NCBI GenBank assembly: GCA_049724395.1
Contig: JAUGWO010000077.1
Coordinates: forward strand, 1-59,270
Reading direction: 5' to 3'
Origin: Spongospora subterranea f. sp. subterranea
Lineage: Eukaryota
DNA length: 59,270 nucleotides
This document shows, in pieces, positions 1 through 18,040 of this stretch. Each line of letters starts with the position of its first letter. Position 1 is the stretch's first letter. Below the pieces are notes generated by a model. That model saw nothing but the letters and a program-made list of their open reading frames with translations. It made no database searches and was not told the origin of the DNA. The translations under genes and the position numbers were made by a program.

Positions 1-546
1 CGATGCAAGCCGATAAAAAAGGCGTTCCTGGGGGTCCAACTGGGCAAAATGGGTCACCAAGTAAATGATATCATCCCGTTTCTCAAAACAGCGCATCGGT
101 TCTCCTAGAAAATTGGATGACTGAACGTAATACCGGATACCTTTTTGGACCTCGATTCGCACGATGCGTGCCGACTTTGATCAGCTGCATAATGGGCAGC
201 GACCCACCAGTATTTTTCAAATGTGTTGGCCTTTCCAATAATTAAGCAAGCGCCCCATCGGTGGCATAGTTCTGCCGTCATCAAATCCGGCCGAGCACAT
301 GGGTATCATTGACCAGCATCGCCGCCCAATTAAAGGAAGTGACATAGGGCAGATTGAGGGCGATACAGGCGTGAATACGCCACAGTTCGTCACGCCAACT
401 ACGGATGTCGTGGCAAATTTTATTTTTCATCGTAAACCTGTGCGATAGTTTGTTGTATCCAGGTAACAAAACTGCTAAACTGTAGTGAATACCATACAAA
501 ACCCGAGCGTTGATAGTAGGTAAAGTCAGTTTAACGAGAATGTAAT

Positions 547-2487
547 CTATTGTGTATTCGGGTTTGCGGTGTAGAAAGAACGGGCACGTGTGATTGGGGT
601 CTGATCCTGTTTGAAGATGAATTGGAGAATTCGAGAGATTATAGGAGGAACAGTTTCGGGATCATGGACGCGATAGTACATTATTATAGAGACAGAGAGA
701 GAAAACAGCAAGATATCACCGAACGGAATACCAGCAAGAAGGCGACGATCGACTAACAACATGAATAATGAATCGGCGCCTCTATTAAAACAAAACATCA
801 GAAAGTGTGTATTGCCTAGCTGAATCTTTCAAATTACCTAGGAATTGTGTACAGCGCCAATTCGGACCTTTTGGAACGACGCTCAATCAATATAGAAAGC
901 GAAGCAATCAACCCCGCGACATAATATGCTGATCGATGAGAGAAATATTTCTGTAGGTATTGCAAGTAGGCGCAAATGGCAGCCTGATAAAGCCCAACGA
1001 AGGATGATAGGAAAAGTAATGACCGCGAACAGGACGATACCATTCCGAAACAATAATGTGACGGATCTCGCAGGAAAGCTCCAAGTTTAAGGAACAGCAC
1101 AGGCATCACCGTCAATGACGCGTACAAAGGCAATACCTTTCGAGCAGTTTTGAAAAAAGAATTAACAATATGGCGACAACAAGACTTTGTTCCTTTGGAA
1201 AACGATGTAAGAAAAACAGCTCAAAATCCAAAAATCTATTCTCAACATTACCTGCATGAATGATATCGCAGGACATAAGTCCATTATTGACAGACCTCAC
1301 CAACGTCGATATGGAAACATCCGATTCCCCGGGTACTTTACTCAGAATATATTCGCTAAGCTCTTTTGCATCCACAGGCATTCCCCTCATTGAACTTCGA
1401 ACAGCTTTCATCGCGGGGACAGGCACTGGCCTAACGAGGGATCATGAAACTCAGGGATTCGAAATAGGAGATGAATGTTTTTATGAATGTTTTTTATGAA
1501 AAAGCCAGCAAGTCTTAATAACAATCACTTGAAACGGTCGAAATAAAACACGAAAATCGGATAAACATTTATTTACCCGGTTTGAAGGATGAATTGGTAG
1601 AAAGATTGTGGTAAACTGCCTGGGCGCATGACGAAAGCGTACCTAAGGACGAAACCATCAGAAAAATGTGTTGCTGCAACATTGGCAATATACATGATCT
1701 GTGCCGATGACAGAGCAAATAAAATCGCGGCGCCGTTTCGCATTGGTTTCACGTCGCCCCGTGATTTTAGCGATCGATACACGCATTCGCACATGCGAAC
1801 GAAAGCATAGAGCGCGATCATACGACGGTTCTACTTGAAGCTCAATAATGCTTGCGAGGGAAAAAATATAGCGAACCTTGTTACTCTGGAATGCAAGACT
1901 GAATCCAGCAACAGCGCCCGCAATAATTGTATTCCATTTGTCGTCACGCTGCCGGATACGATGAACCATCCCCTTCAATAAGACAAATCCTCCTGGAATA
2001 TCAAATCAGTAAGTCAAGTGATCTGCTTCCAAAAATGGAAGCGACAAGGCACTGCTTCTGACCTGCAAACCCTCCTGCAAATAATCCAAGACGAACTGCT
2101 TCTTCTCGCATGATCAGGTTGTTTTCGCCCTTAAATGGAATGTTGCATTACAATGATATTCTAAACCGGTCGAGATGAACGTACAATGACACGGTTTAGA
2201 GAGAAAACATGTCTCGGGTTCTTTCGGATCAGACTAATCAATCGCGAACATATTGCAACCGCTGATCGCAACCCATATCCGAGACTGAACGCATGCGCGA
2301 ATACCGAGACGGATGTGGCGAATGGCGAACCCATCGGGCGGGAAGGGGACGTCGATGACGTTTTCATGCTTCCCGCTTGATCTGTTACGGTCAACGAGTA
2401 CGATACCTCCTTGGAGACGGGCGAAATTGGCGACATCTTCACATTGATATCGGCGTCATCATCGTCCGAGGCCGAAAGTTTCACCAT
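547..2487 (-). CDS. TMEM135: Transmembrane protein 135-like (multi-exon)
   Basis: GT-AG-joined exons give AFSLGYGLR, REEAVRLGLFAGG, WNTIIAGAVAGFSL, LFALSSAQIMYAFVMRPGSLP, SILIERRSKRSELALY. Probable ATG at 2487 (MVKLS), stop at 547. Confidence 0.85.
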
Positions 2488-2750
2488 CAGGACACGACCC
2501 GAGTTGTTATCATGTAATTGCGATTGTGTGGGTGAAGCAGTACGCCCCCCAAAACGGCGGGAGATAACAGCCTCACAATGCAGTAATAGCAACACGACCT
2601 AATATGTAAATATCCTCAAAATGGGTTTGAAGATATATAATTCCCCGATTATTATGGGGAGACCCCGCCACCGCGTCGCACTCACTGTGCCAGGAGGAAC
2701 GTCAGACAGCGTGGGCCGCACTTCCTGCCGCGTCCACCACCGCGTTACAC

Positions 2751-3026
2751 TTGTACGCGCTCATGAGTCGTACAAGTGCCATTCCAGGTAGAGGTGCCAA
2801 CGGGTTCACCCGACCAGGGTCCAATCCAAGTTGATCAGGTCGGAGATTTGCCCAACCCGGGTTGTACGCGCTCATGAGTCGTACAAGTGCCATTCCAGGT
2901 AGAGGTGCCAACGGGTTCACACGACCCGGGCCCAAACCGAGTTGATCAGGTCGGAGATTTGCCCAACCCGGGTTGTACGCGCTCATGAGTCGTACAGGAG
3001 TTATTCCAGCTAGAGATGCCAACGGG
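2751..3026. repeat. 111-bp tandem repeat (~2.5 copies) containing a hAT-like terminal motif
   Basis: Units start at 2751, 2862 and 2973 (ttgtacgcgctcatgagtcgtaca...). Each carries TAGAG(G/A)TGCCAACGGG. Confidence 0.95.
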
Positions 3027-4140
3027 TGTTTCTGGAATGTTTTAAATTTCAACCGATTGTTGAGTTTGAAAATGGTGAGATCCAGAAAATCTACAGTCTC
3101 ACGGCCGTGATGAAAGGTGAGTGAGAAATACCTCCCAGGAATGAATTCATTTTATTGTTAGGGATATGTTCTCGGCTGTACTTCATACCCATTGGATAAG
3201 TTGGTCTGCAAATTCTGACAAAGGACCAGACCGTTGTTTCCCAGTTTTTTAGCAGATCGCGTACACAAATGGCGTCCAATTGACGGAACGACTGCTCTGC
3301 AATGGATTGTACCACATGTGCAGATCAAGTCGTGGAACGGAGGTCTTCCTTAGTGGCTCAGGTATTGACAAGAAGCTCTTATTATATCGCTGAAATCAAG
3401 ATGGCGTGGATCGGATTCCAAAGGAGAACGATTTCAACTTGTTTCTACATATTCGATATTTTCACTGACATAACGCTCTCATACGTCTGTTAATGTACTC
3501 GCCCTATGCATCATACCAGGCCGATCTAAAAATGCCAATACAACCAAGTTGCGTCCTCTGGCGCTTTCAGAGCTTCTCATTGCTGTGCACAGCAATAATC
3601 AAGGTCTGGTCTGAATACCCTTGCTTTGCTGTGCAATCATTATCCTGCAAATACAGTGTAAAGGTTTAGGTGTTATCGGCTGGCAATTCTCATGGCCGGT
3701 CTCGTAAAGATTGTCGACACAGCAATAAATCGATTAGAAATCTAACGAATTCCACAAATTGACGTCTGTATCTGTCATCTGGGTATCAAAGCAAGTGGCT
3801 TTCGAATCACGATCGCAGTAATGAAATTGGATTTTCGCGTGTTTCAATTGCCAATCGAGTTGTTCAGATTGACGGTGGAGGCGATTTCCATGTCCTAACT
3901 GGGTGATACGGTTTTCAAAGTGCCTGTAAATTTGTGGCCAATCTTTTCCGGTCCCCGTTTCTATTGCTGATGTGTAGGTTGTACCGACCCCGAGTGAGAA
4001 ACGGGCAAGATTGGCTGTTATTGACAAACCGGTATTATCTTCAGTTCGTTCGCGATCGCGGATCGTTTGCAGGAAAGGGGATTCAATTCGGTTGCGACAA
4101 ATAGACCAAAACCGAAAGAAATTTCCCCCAGTCAACAAAG
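3011..4140 (-). mobile_element. Degenerate hAT-type transposase remnant ending at a TIR-like motif
   Basis: Broken minus-strand frames give QFVEFVRFL, GEYI and TT*SAHVVQSIAE (like the hAT C-x-x-H motif, TCxAHxLxLIAE). They read toward TAGAGATGCCAACGGG at 3011. Many stops and frameshifts. Confidence 0.45.
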
Positions 4141-5158
4141 CGAGGTGTGACCCAGATAATGGCTATTTGTCAAAACAGAGGCGAATGACAAGCCTGTGGA
4201 AAGGGGGTCGAGATGAAAAGCACTGGATTCTTATATTGGAACCCTTTTACGAGAAGATAGGGACGTGTTCAGCCACCCACGACTGGTTCAATGTCTTCAT
4301 AACCTTGATGAAATCCAACGACTTCGGTCATTGAGACGACGATTGTGGAATCGGACGCTCATGTTTTTGGTTCTCACCAATTACGGGCAATTACTTTGGA
4401 CGGGCAACGACGCGTCCTACTTAATGGGTTGAGGATTGGCACACCGTACACGACCGTTTTCGCCTCAACGCTATTCCTCCCGTCGTAACTAATGAGATCC
4501 AACCGAGCAAAACTAGTTTCTCCACCAGAAACATATTCCCCGAGACAAAATGGGCAAATAAAGCAACAAACAGTACATCGCTCCGAACTGAGTGTCTCTA
4601 TTCAAAATCGGTAATAACAAGGCGACAATTTGATAATAGCGTCTGTGTGTGATTTTGAAATACGCCTCAAGATAATGAAAAACAAATAAAACCAAAACGT
4701 TGAATCTCAAAATCCTCCGCGACCAAATGTCATGAATATTCCACCTGCTCCAGCACCTGCTATTGCTCATGGCACTCGACCTGAGTTCCTGTTGACGATC
4801 AATCTTGCTGAGTCGACAACGGACTTACAGCACAAATGTCGGTCCTCTAACTTTTGACATCAAAAACGTAGCACTTCCTGAGCCATCGCACCGTTAACAC
4901 CAATTTTGCTGAAGAAGCGGATTTGATCCGATATTGACGAAAGATGCACTGCAGAAAAATCTGATGTTCTGTTCTATCTGCCGTTTTTCTGCTTCGAAAA
5001 AGGACCCTGGAGAGTGATTATTTGGTTTGTGTATGCGGGCAACTTTCGATTTGTGGAAGTCGATGGAAAAAAATCGAGGTGAACGAAAACAAACACGGTT
5101 TATGAGACGGACAGTCTATGAGACCGACCGAGAAACAGTACGACCAATTGGCGAAATA

Positions 5159-7695
5159 ATGCCTCCCAAGAAGGCAGCCGGCGGGGGGAAAAAGGCCAAG
5201 GCGGCCGCCAAGAAAGCGGCGAAACTCGCCGAACAACAGCGCCAGGAAGAGGAGCGCTTGCTGCTGGAGGAACAGGAGCGCCTTCGCGTTTCCGAACTGG
5301 AACGGCAACGAGTTGAGGCCGAGCATCAGCGCCAGGTCCGGTTGGCACTGAAACGCGATTCCGACGAGCAGCGGATCACGGAGGAAGTGGGTTCCGATCG
5401 GGATAGCGCCATCGAGCTGGCCAACAGGATTGCCCATCTGCAGGCGCATGAGCGTGAGTCTTCCCAGCTAATTAAGATATTCCAATGCGATACTCTGCCC
5501 GATGTCGCCGACGAACCGGATCTGAACTCGTATTTGCGGATCTGGAGCGAAGCAACCGGGGAGCCGCCCGATGCGGTGCTGAAACAATGCGAGTTCGGGC
5601 AGGAGATTCGGGGCCTTTTGGACGTGATTGTCGCTGGAGGTCGACAGGCAATGAATCATGAACAAGTGTTGAACGCGTTAGAGAAAATGGACCAGGTCGA
5701 CAGGATTACGGCGCAAACGCTGGATGCGTTGACGGCGACGTCATTGGTGGATGCCGATCGAGATGGGGCCACGATGAACAGCGCCGTTCTCAGACAGTGG
5801 AGCAGCGCCCTGGTGAAGTTCGCGCTGTGGACGACCGGGCACGTGAAGCTGAAGCGAAACAAGCTGATCGAGTTCGACCAGATCGACATGACCGTCGACC
5901 CGCCCAACATGTTGACCATGCAGAACAATAACGGGATGGGATTGAGGATTATATATACGGCCAACGACCCATACCAGAGGATCAACGACTCCACATTGAC
6001 CGCATATGGGGGAATCTATCAGGTCTTGGCCAAACACCACTTTTCTCATGAAATGGATTGTGTTCCACTTCCTATGGAATATTTACTTCTTCCATGTGCG
6101 ATCTTGATGTCGTTTGCTCCTTTTCGTTTGTTTTGGTTTGCGTAAGACTTTTGGTTATATTATTGTATATGACCCCAGTAGCAGCAGATTGGGGCGCATT
6201 GGAGTCGCTCACTTCCTCTGCTAGAAATTGAAATTAAGATGTATTGCATTTTTACACAGGCCTCTTTGAACGGTGATTTCAAGTTTCGTTTGTCAGCGAA
6301 AAAAAAGTTGCTTTTTAGCAATTTTCAAAACCACGAGTGTTTCGAAGATTTGTCACTCTCTCTCTCTCCCTCTTTTGATGATTATTCGCGTTGACATGTG
6401 GTCGTTATTGAGGATACTGTTGTAGATTGAGGCGATTGAACTGCCGCTTCCCTCGTTCATGATGCACGACTGGGTGGTTCGCGAGATCAACGACGCGTTC
6501 TCGTCCGTCCAAGTACGCGCCTACCCCGGGCATGTCGCCAGCGACGTGTCGTCGAGTACGGCGGCCGCCATCCAGCCGATCAAGATTTCGTGGAAGGTGG
6601 ATGGGCGGATCCTGATCGACGACCTGCCAATGGTCGGCTGGTGGAATTCGCATACCCGCGCCTGGTCAACGGACGGGATCAGCGACGTGAAATTCAACAG
6701 CGTTGAACGCATTATCAGCATACAATCGTTGCAGCTACGCCCGCTAGCGTTGGTCCATTCGAGAACCAGCGATTTCCCCTACAAACGTTGGACGATCCGC
6801 GTGGAGAAATCGACGGCGAAAATCGCCGTCGAAGGAAGTCGAATGACGGTGGAGATTGACGTCCAGGACGACGAATCCGGCGGCGGGTGCGTTCTGCGGC
6901 GACCGCAAACACCGGAGTTGGCGCACCTGATGACGACGCCAAGGAAACCGGCCGCCTTCCTTACAGAGTTGGCCAAATCGGGAATACGATTAATGCCAGA
7001 TCAGGAATCACTCAATTCCATTGGTATTTTGCCCATTATTGACCACTTCCCCCAAACCCCATTTCCAACGCTTCTTTTCATCACCTTTGTGAACCTGTTG
7101 TTTGTTTCGTTTTCCGGGAAATTTGGTCAGCGTTGTTCTAGTGGAGTTGACACGGTTTGTTGTTATCGCCAATTCCTATCACTTTCACCCTGAGCAGAGT
7201 TCAACGATCAATGGATTTCCAGAATTTACTCAATCGATATTGGTCGAGACGTTGGATCTGATGTTAATTCCATTAGGAATATCAGGGAAAGACGAATCTG
7301 TCGAACAGTCGGTCTACAGACAGATATCGTCAATGGCGATCGGGTTCGATTTCGCCATGAGCGGATGGAATCGGCGCCTGAACGCGCAACACGTCGCCTA
7401 TCAGGTCTCCGCTCGAGAGAACGACAAACGCGTCAGCGAGAGGCAGACGCCGCACGACGAATGGACCACGATCTGCAACGGGTTATCGTACGCGTTCACA
7501 TCGCGTTGGACGGAATCGGATCTGGACAAGGAATGGGATTACGATGAACCCGAAGCGGAAGGGCACGAACGGCACTCAACTCTTGAGCGGGCGATGCAAT
7601 GGAAGACGCGATCGGAGAGGGGCGACCAAATATCGCCGCCGTTTATCCAGTCGTTAACGCAGGTGTTATCGCTATTGAGAGTTCTATCGTCGTGA
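5159..7695 (+). CDS. DNAI7: Dynein axonemal intermediate chain 7 / CASC1 / IC97 homolog; exons 5159-6022, 6426-7023, 7277-7695
   Basis: MPPKK start, Lys/Glu-rich coiled N-terminus, CDTLPDVADEPDLNSYLRIW, PMVGWW...WSTDGISDV, FPYKRW, FDFAMSGWN. In-phase GT-AG joins. Confidence 0.85.
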
Positions 7696-8213
7696 CCCCT
7701 GTCGCTAACGACCCAATATTCACGTCATCTCAAATATAACCACAGATTAACAACCGCCAGAATCGTCCCGGGAATCACACAGAAAAACAGTGGGGTGAAC
7801 CCTGGAGAATATTGTCGACATTGTATGATTGATTAGCCAGATCATGAGAAGGGCATCGCAATTGTCGTTATCCCGAGGAGCCAAATTCAGTAATAAAACC
7901 CGTGAAATTGGGCGCACGATGGCGAATAATTCCCTTGTGGTGTAATAAGTGACCGACGGCCCCACTGATGACAGGGTCTCCCCCTCACCCTGTATTACAC
8001 CAACTGCGCAAATATCATCGCTCACGACTGTGGATGTGTGTAACAGGGTAGTCAGTGAGGTGACATCAAGTGCGCGACTGCAAGAGAAGGTCCGCGGCGG
8101 TGTTACCTTGACAGTGGGGCCAACTGGCCGAGCGACACTGGGTCGCTGTAGTCGGCGGTTGTGGTGTTGTGATCTGTAGAGGATCTATATCAGTATAGTG
8201 TTTTATAGAGGAA

Positions 8214-12855
<4,642 letters not shown>

Positions 12856-12890
12856 GTGGTGTTTACATACAAAAACGTTTTTTTTCGAGT

Positions 12891-15417
12891 TTATAGTGAT
12901 ATGGATTGATCATATGAAAGGAAATCTTGCAGTTGAGTCCAGAGGCGGCCCATTCCGGTCTTATATCCTGAAAGGAATCGGGCCAGGTCGCATACCCGGG
13001 CGTTTCGGGAATGGATCATGGCGATCACTCCTCTGAGATGTGCTAATCGCTCATCGCCTTCACTGTAGATCACCAACTCGCGCTCTATAGCCCTGCATCA
13101 AGTTGTCAGTATTTGCACCGACGTTTTCAACCTAAATTGGTTTTCGATAGTTTCGAATTTCTGAACATCTAAAAGAGTTTTTCAAACTTTCGGTTACAGG
13201 TTTTGAAACAACTTGTCGATAGCGTCTGCCCATTGTTTCGACATTGCTATCCACAGTAGCAGTTCCAAATCCTACTTAGTCTAAACCTTAGAAATCGACA
13301 ACAGAACGTTTCGGTTCCGAAGTAAAATATATGGGGTTTGAAAAGTCCCGTTCGGGTGATATGGTGATAACCTACGATGCGGCAATGAAGGCGATAATCA
13401 GCTGTCGATCGACCTCTACCTGATGCGCTGTTGAATGGACCGGCATTCTCATAGCGATCGGTCCTGGTTGATCACTCGCCGCCATCACATCGATCATTTG
13501 GCGAATATTCCCCGATACGATATCCGGATGAAATCCGTCCGCCCGTCCAAACTGCCTTTGCATCCTTGAGTAGAACACGATCTCATCGTTGACTTCATCG
13601 TCGTGGACGAGCTCCGCGATTCGCATCGCTTCCCCATCGCCTTTCAGCCTCAGGATTCGTCGGGCGCCTTTGACCAGTACGGTTTCCCTGTCGGAAAGAG
13701 GGTCTGTCATCGCCCCTGCCACCAATAAATCTGGGCATTCGAACATGCGGAATATGATCCGGTTCGGTCGATATATTCAACGTGGCAATGGCGATATTTG
13801 GCTCGGAAGAATGCGATAACTGAACACGGTGTTGGGAATGACGTAACGTTCCGTTGTCGATTTTGACCCGAATCGGGGTTTGAGCGCGAAGAAGGACAGG
13901 GATGGTGTATTTGAGGGCGGCCGTTGAATGATGACGGGTAATGGTGAGATGGCGATCAGGGCGATGATGACGCGACAGGTAGTGGATCAGGCAATCGATC
14001 ATGGCACAGGCCGGGCCGCGTTCGTGCTCCATCGACGACGAGAACAACGTGGTGCAGGTAAAGTGGCGCAAGGCACAATCCGCCGATAGCGCATATGAGC
14101 AGAGGAACAAGTTGGCGATAACTGATGCGGCCTGAGCATTATTTGAGACGTGAGAAGCATGGATCAAACGAAACTGGCAATCAAACAGGTTGTGAAATCC
14201 GCGAAATCAAATCGCTGCGTGTACTATATGTAAGCATAAGAGCAGCCGAATACTAATCCCCTTATTGTTGTGTGGGTTTGAGCAATCGTGATAAACCCAA
14301 ATATGTTTTGTAAGAGCATGGTGTAGTCAACAGATTGTTTTCACTCAATGCGAAAAAGAGAGAAACTCGCGCCGAAATCCGTGAGTTTGCTGGACCTGTT
14401 GATGAGATATTTGTAATGTCGCTGAAGACGGTCTGGACCTCAGTACAGTATCGATTGCTGGATAGGCCATGGCCAGACGCGCAATCGCTGGCAGATGGTG
14501 GGCGAAAAAGGCGCGCGATCGATCCGACCCCATCTCCAACAGGTATTGGCGAATCATGATCAGTTGGTCACCATTGCGTCCGGTCAAATCCGACAATGCG
14601 TTGACGAACTCAGAGACGGATCTGACTGATCCACCTAACCACATCAAATTCAAGAGATGCAATTAGAGTGGCGATACGTGTCGATTGTTTTAAACAATCC
14701 AACGTCACTCTCTAGGACGTTTCGACACTCAAAAAAAAATCCGAGTTTCAGAAGAAGGAAATAGATCGTTTTGTTGTACAAAATGTCCAGGAAAACCTAT
14801 TGTTTTCGAACGTTGTCGAACAACAACGCAATGACAACGCGCTTATACACTTTCAAATGAATTCAAAACCTGAACAAGAGCGAATACAATCGAAATTTGG
14901 TAATCGAGTTTTGGCGGTGATTCATATGGGTATACCAGCAATTAGTGTCAACAGTGCCCATGATTGTGGCGTTATCGTATATGGCCTAACACTTATTGGC
15001 AATGGGGCTGACGGCTTCACCGCCTCTGTTGACGGTGCTGGTGAAATCGGCTCATATCCCTCGGTCGACCTGACCCGTTCTTCATCGACTGCCACGTTTT
15101 CGCCAGGGTCCTTTTCCACAGCGACGGGATTCCGTTGAATTTTCGACTGATCCATCAAATACAATCGTAAACATCGGCCGTGTAATTGGTGTGGCGATAG
15201 AAGAGCCGCCTTGGCCAAATGCTCCGGATTGCTAATTCGCATCGGGCAACGATCGTGCGTGAAGAAATAGAACGACGGCGATGAAAAGGGCGACAGGGGA
15301 TATCGCCGATGGAATCGCACCGAGTCCAGGAGCCCTTGGAAATCGTGCCGATCGCGAAGACGGACCACGACCGGGTCGGAATCGATATCGGACAGCACCA
15401 ACGGGAACAAACAGCAT
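12891..15417 (-). CDS. PARG-like protein, predicted catalytically dead, with PB1-like N-terminus; exons ~15417-14936, 14634-14396, 14131-13376, 13092-12891
   Basis: PARG blocks in order: FFAHHLPAIARLA, ISHQQAASVIANLFLCSY, CLIHYLSR, IRMFECPDLLV..DPLSDRETVLVKGARR, IIAFIAASAIERELVIYSEGD, VCDLARFL. Needs single-base frameshift corrections at ~13749 and ~15404. Confidence 0.8.
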
Positions 15418-16092
15418 TTGGGTTTGCGCCGGTTCAGACAACTGTGTTTCTTCTCCCCCTCCCCGTTTCCTCCGATGGTCAACAATGACGCTTGATCTGA
15501 ACGCTTCGGAGGAAAATCAATGATCGACCCGAATTCGAGTCGGTTGGGCCTAGGGAGGGGGGCCAGTACGGCGGCGGTCACAGAGAGGGTGTCAATTTCC
15601 CGTTATTGCAATAAACGGTGCCCCGAAATCAGATTGAGAGAGATCTAGAGTTTGCGCCTTTGTTTCACATCTGCTATCGTTATGTACTTGTTTGGGTGCT
15701 GTAATGTTGGCATGAACGATAATTGAGAAAGCTATTGATAAGGCGTTGTTCGGATCAGGTTCTGTACTGGCACATATTGATGTTTACAGAAACCATGATA
15801 ACCTGGCCCTGACAAGATGCCAAACGGATCAGCCACAAGTTCGAATACGCTGAACTTGTTATTGGCATCAAATACAAGTTGCCCGAATTTAAGTCGTTTG
15901 ATCTTCCGTTTTAAAGCAGATGCCATATCATGACAGTAGCGATATCCTTGCTATTGATCAAGATCACAATGTGACCAGTTCAACTGCACCAAAAGATGGT
16001 TGAGAACATGTTATTACGGTTGAGGAACTCTTTTTATATATGAACTACGTTAAAAAACTGGGAATTTGTTTGAAAGACAATATCAGGAAGAA

Positions 16093-17631
16093 TTAGGGTA
16101 AACTGATAGCTGCTAACGCCATCTGTATGGCACCATCCCTGGTCGCATTGCCGCCGATAAACCCAGTGTTGTGTACGAACGTGCTTCCGGCGATACCGGT
16201 GACCTCGGAAAGAGCCTGATCCCGAAGCCCTTGCCATGACGAGGGTAACGCCTTACGAGAAGCGAACGATCCAGAATGGATAGGGACAGCTTGAACACGC
16301 CTAAATTGATGCTTAGAACATGGTTCGGCAACTACATTGTGCAAATTTTCAAATTGGTGCAAAATATTGAAGGCTGAGCATTGGAAAAATATAAATGGGC
16401 AAAGACAAATTGATATAAACATGCTTACCAAGTTCCATTGCTGTCAGCGTAGACAACATACAAAATGGGGTTTGGAAGTCTGAGTTCATCCTCTAAACGG
16501 AAAAGAGGTGGTCTTTCCAAGGACAGAACTGATCCATAACCATGATTCGCCCTTCAGGTTCGTACTGAATTCGGGATTCAACGGCTTCTAAGACTATTTG
16601 GCGACCTGAGAAGAACATCCTCAGCTATCGCCGAAAAAAGCTCTAGGTTGTTGCAAGTAACCTGGCAGCCAAGATGACGTGAAGTATTTCACCCGATCAG
16701 CGAATTCCCCTCCCGCTAAATCCATCGCCTTGAGGAACAGTTTGTCGAGGACGTCATCGGTGTACGGCTCGTTCCAGAGAGGGAGAAGTCGACCAACGCG
16801 AGCTGACAGATCGGTGTCCATATTGAACATACGACGAACCCCTGCTGTGCAGTTATCGTCCAGGCATTTGTACGGTGTGATCCCGTTATCTATGCCATCT
16901 ATGCCCTGAAGCAAGCAAAAAAGGTTGAGTATAAAGACTTAAGAAAAAAAAAGACTTTGAAAGCTTTTTGATATCATCAATTGCTGAATTTTACATTTTA
17001 TCTAAGTTTCCCCTGGGTACACATTCAACATTCGATAATTCACAACGATGAATGGCGGTCGGTTGGTAAACAAAAAACAATGATCATAATTGTGAAATAA
17101 TCGAGTGATTACCTCAATAATGGACTCGTAAACTTTGACATAGATGAGCTGAAGATTATGTTCGTCTAAAACAGTTTTGGACATGTTCGTTATGATTTCC
17201 TTGCCGAAGTGCTTGTAAATCAGGCCGGCACTGCTGAGCTTCGTCTGATGGTTTTCTGAGAAAGTTTGAAAAAAACCTTTTTGGTGATGGTCAAACCGCA
17301 AAGTTAGCGGGTCGTAAACCTAAGGACATTCTTAAAAATCAGCAAGGCCAAACAGCAACAAGAAATAGTGCAATGAAGAACCCGAAAATTTGGGAAACAA
17401 TGGTCCTGAACTTACATCCCCAACGTCGACAACAATGGTTTGTTTGTCTAACACTGTTCGGTCGCGGGAGCGGACAATGGCAGCATTGGCGAATTGTTGT
17501 GTCTTTCTGAGCATATAGCAAGCCAGTGCCTAATGAAGATGTGTTTAGCTGAGATGGCATTATTAAGGGTCAAAGAGGGGGACGACCTCATCGCAATGAA
17601 ATGTCCCATTATGTGTTCCAATGGTAGTCAT
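16093..17631 (-). CDS. MYG1: MYG1 exonuclease (DHH family), apparent frameshift near 16502
   Basis: IGTHNGTFHCDEALAC, VVDVG, RFDHHQ, KLSSAGLIYKHFG, IDGIDNG, CPWKDHL, WQGLRD, FVHNTGFIGGN. Confidence 0.97.
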
Positions 17632-18040
17632 GATGTAGCGGAAAATGTTGACGGAATCACCTGATCCTGTAAATCCCTCGTCTTTTCAATGTATAATTTG
17701 TCCGTAGTGCGCCAGGCCGTTGGTCCGCCCGGCGCACATCTTTCAGGTTCGCGCGTGTCAACTACAGTTCGGGAGTGTCACACTATTACCGTAATACCGT
17801 TATTTACCAGTGTGGCTGTCGTTGTGGTGACTGTAGAGCTGCAGCTGCGCCGCCCAGAGCAGGCTGTTGAGGGCGCAGCTGGGTAGTCCCCTATTTATCC
17901 CTCAATTGCTGATTGATGTAGGATTAGTGATGCGGATTAAAAAAAAAATATCGTCTGTAGGTATCTATTTCCTCTAAATTCGTACAGCTCGTAAACCACT
18001 GGGTGACTCCTAAAAATCGCGCAAACGCAAATTTGCCGAA

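Noticed and set aside
1..499. Possible gene running off the left edge on the minus strand
   Set aside because: Short open segments with no recognisable family and no consistent exon model.
2702..3052. 116-aa ORF with 37-aa repeats
   Set aside because: By-product of the 111-bp repeat, with a non-ATG start and no recognisable protein features.
3100..4140. Crypton tyrosine-recombinase remnant
   Set aside because: Only vague motif resemblance. The hAT C-x-x-H-like motif and adjacent TIR fit better.
4140..4950. Coding-like plus-strand fragments
   Set aside because: Interrupted by stops and not assignable to any family.
5027..5158. N-terminal extension of the 372-aa ORF; similarly the 52920-53195 extension
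   Set aside because: Non-ATG or weak upstream starts. MPPKK (5159) and the signal-peptide ATG (52919) are better starts.
7900..8213. Upstream mitochondrial-targeting exon for AlaRS
   Set aside because: An AG lies just before the ATG, but there is an in-frame stop upstream and no convincing ATG-donor exon.
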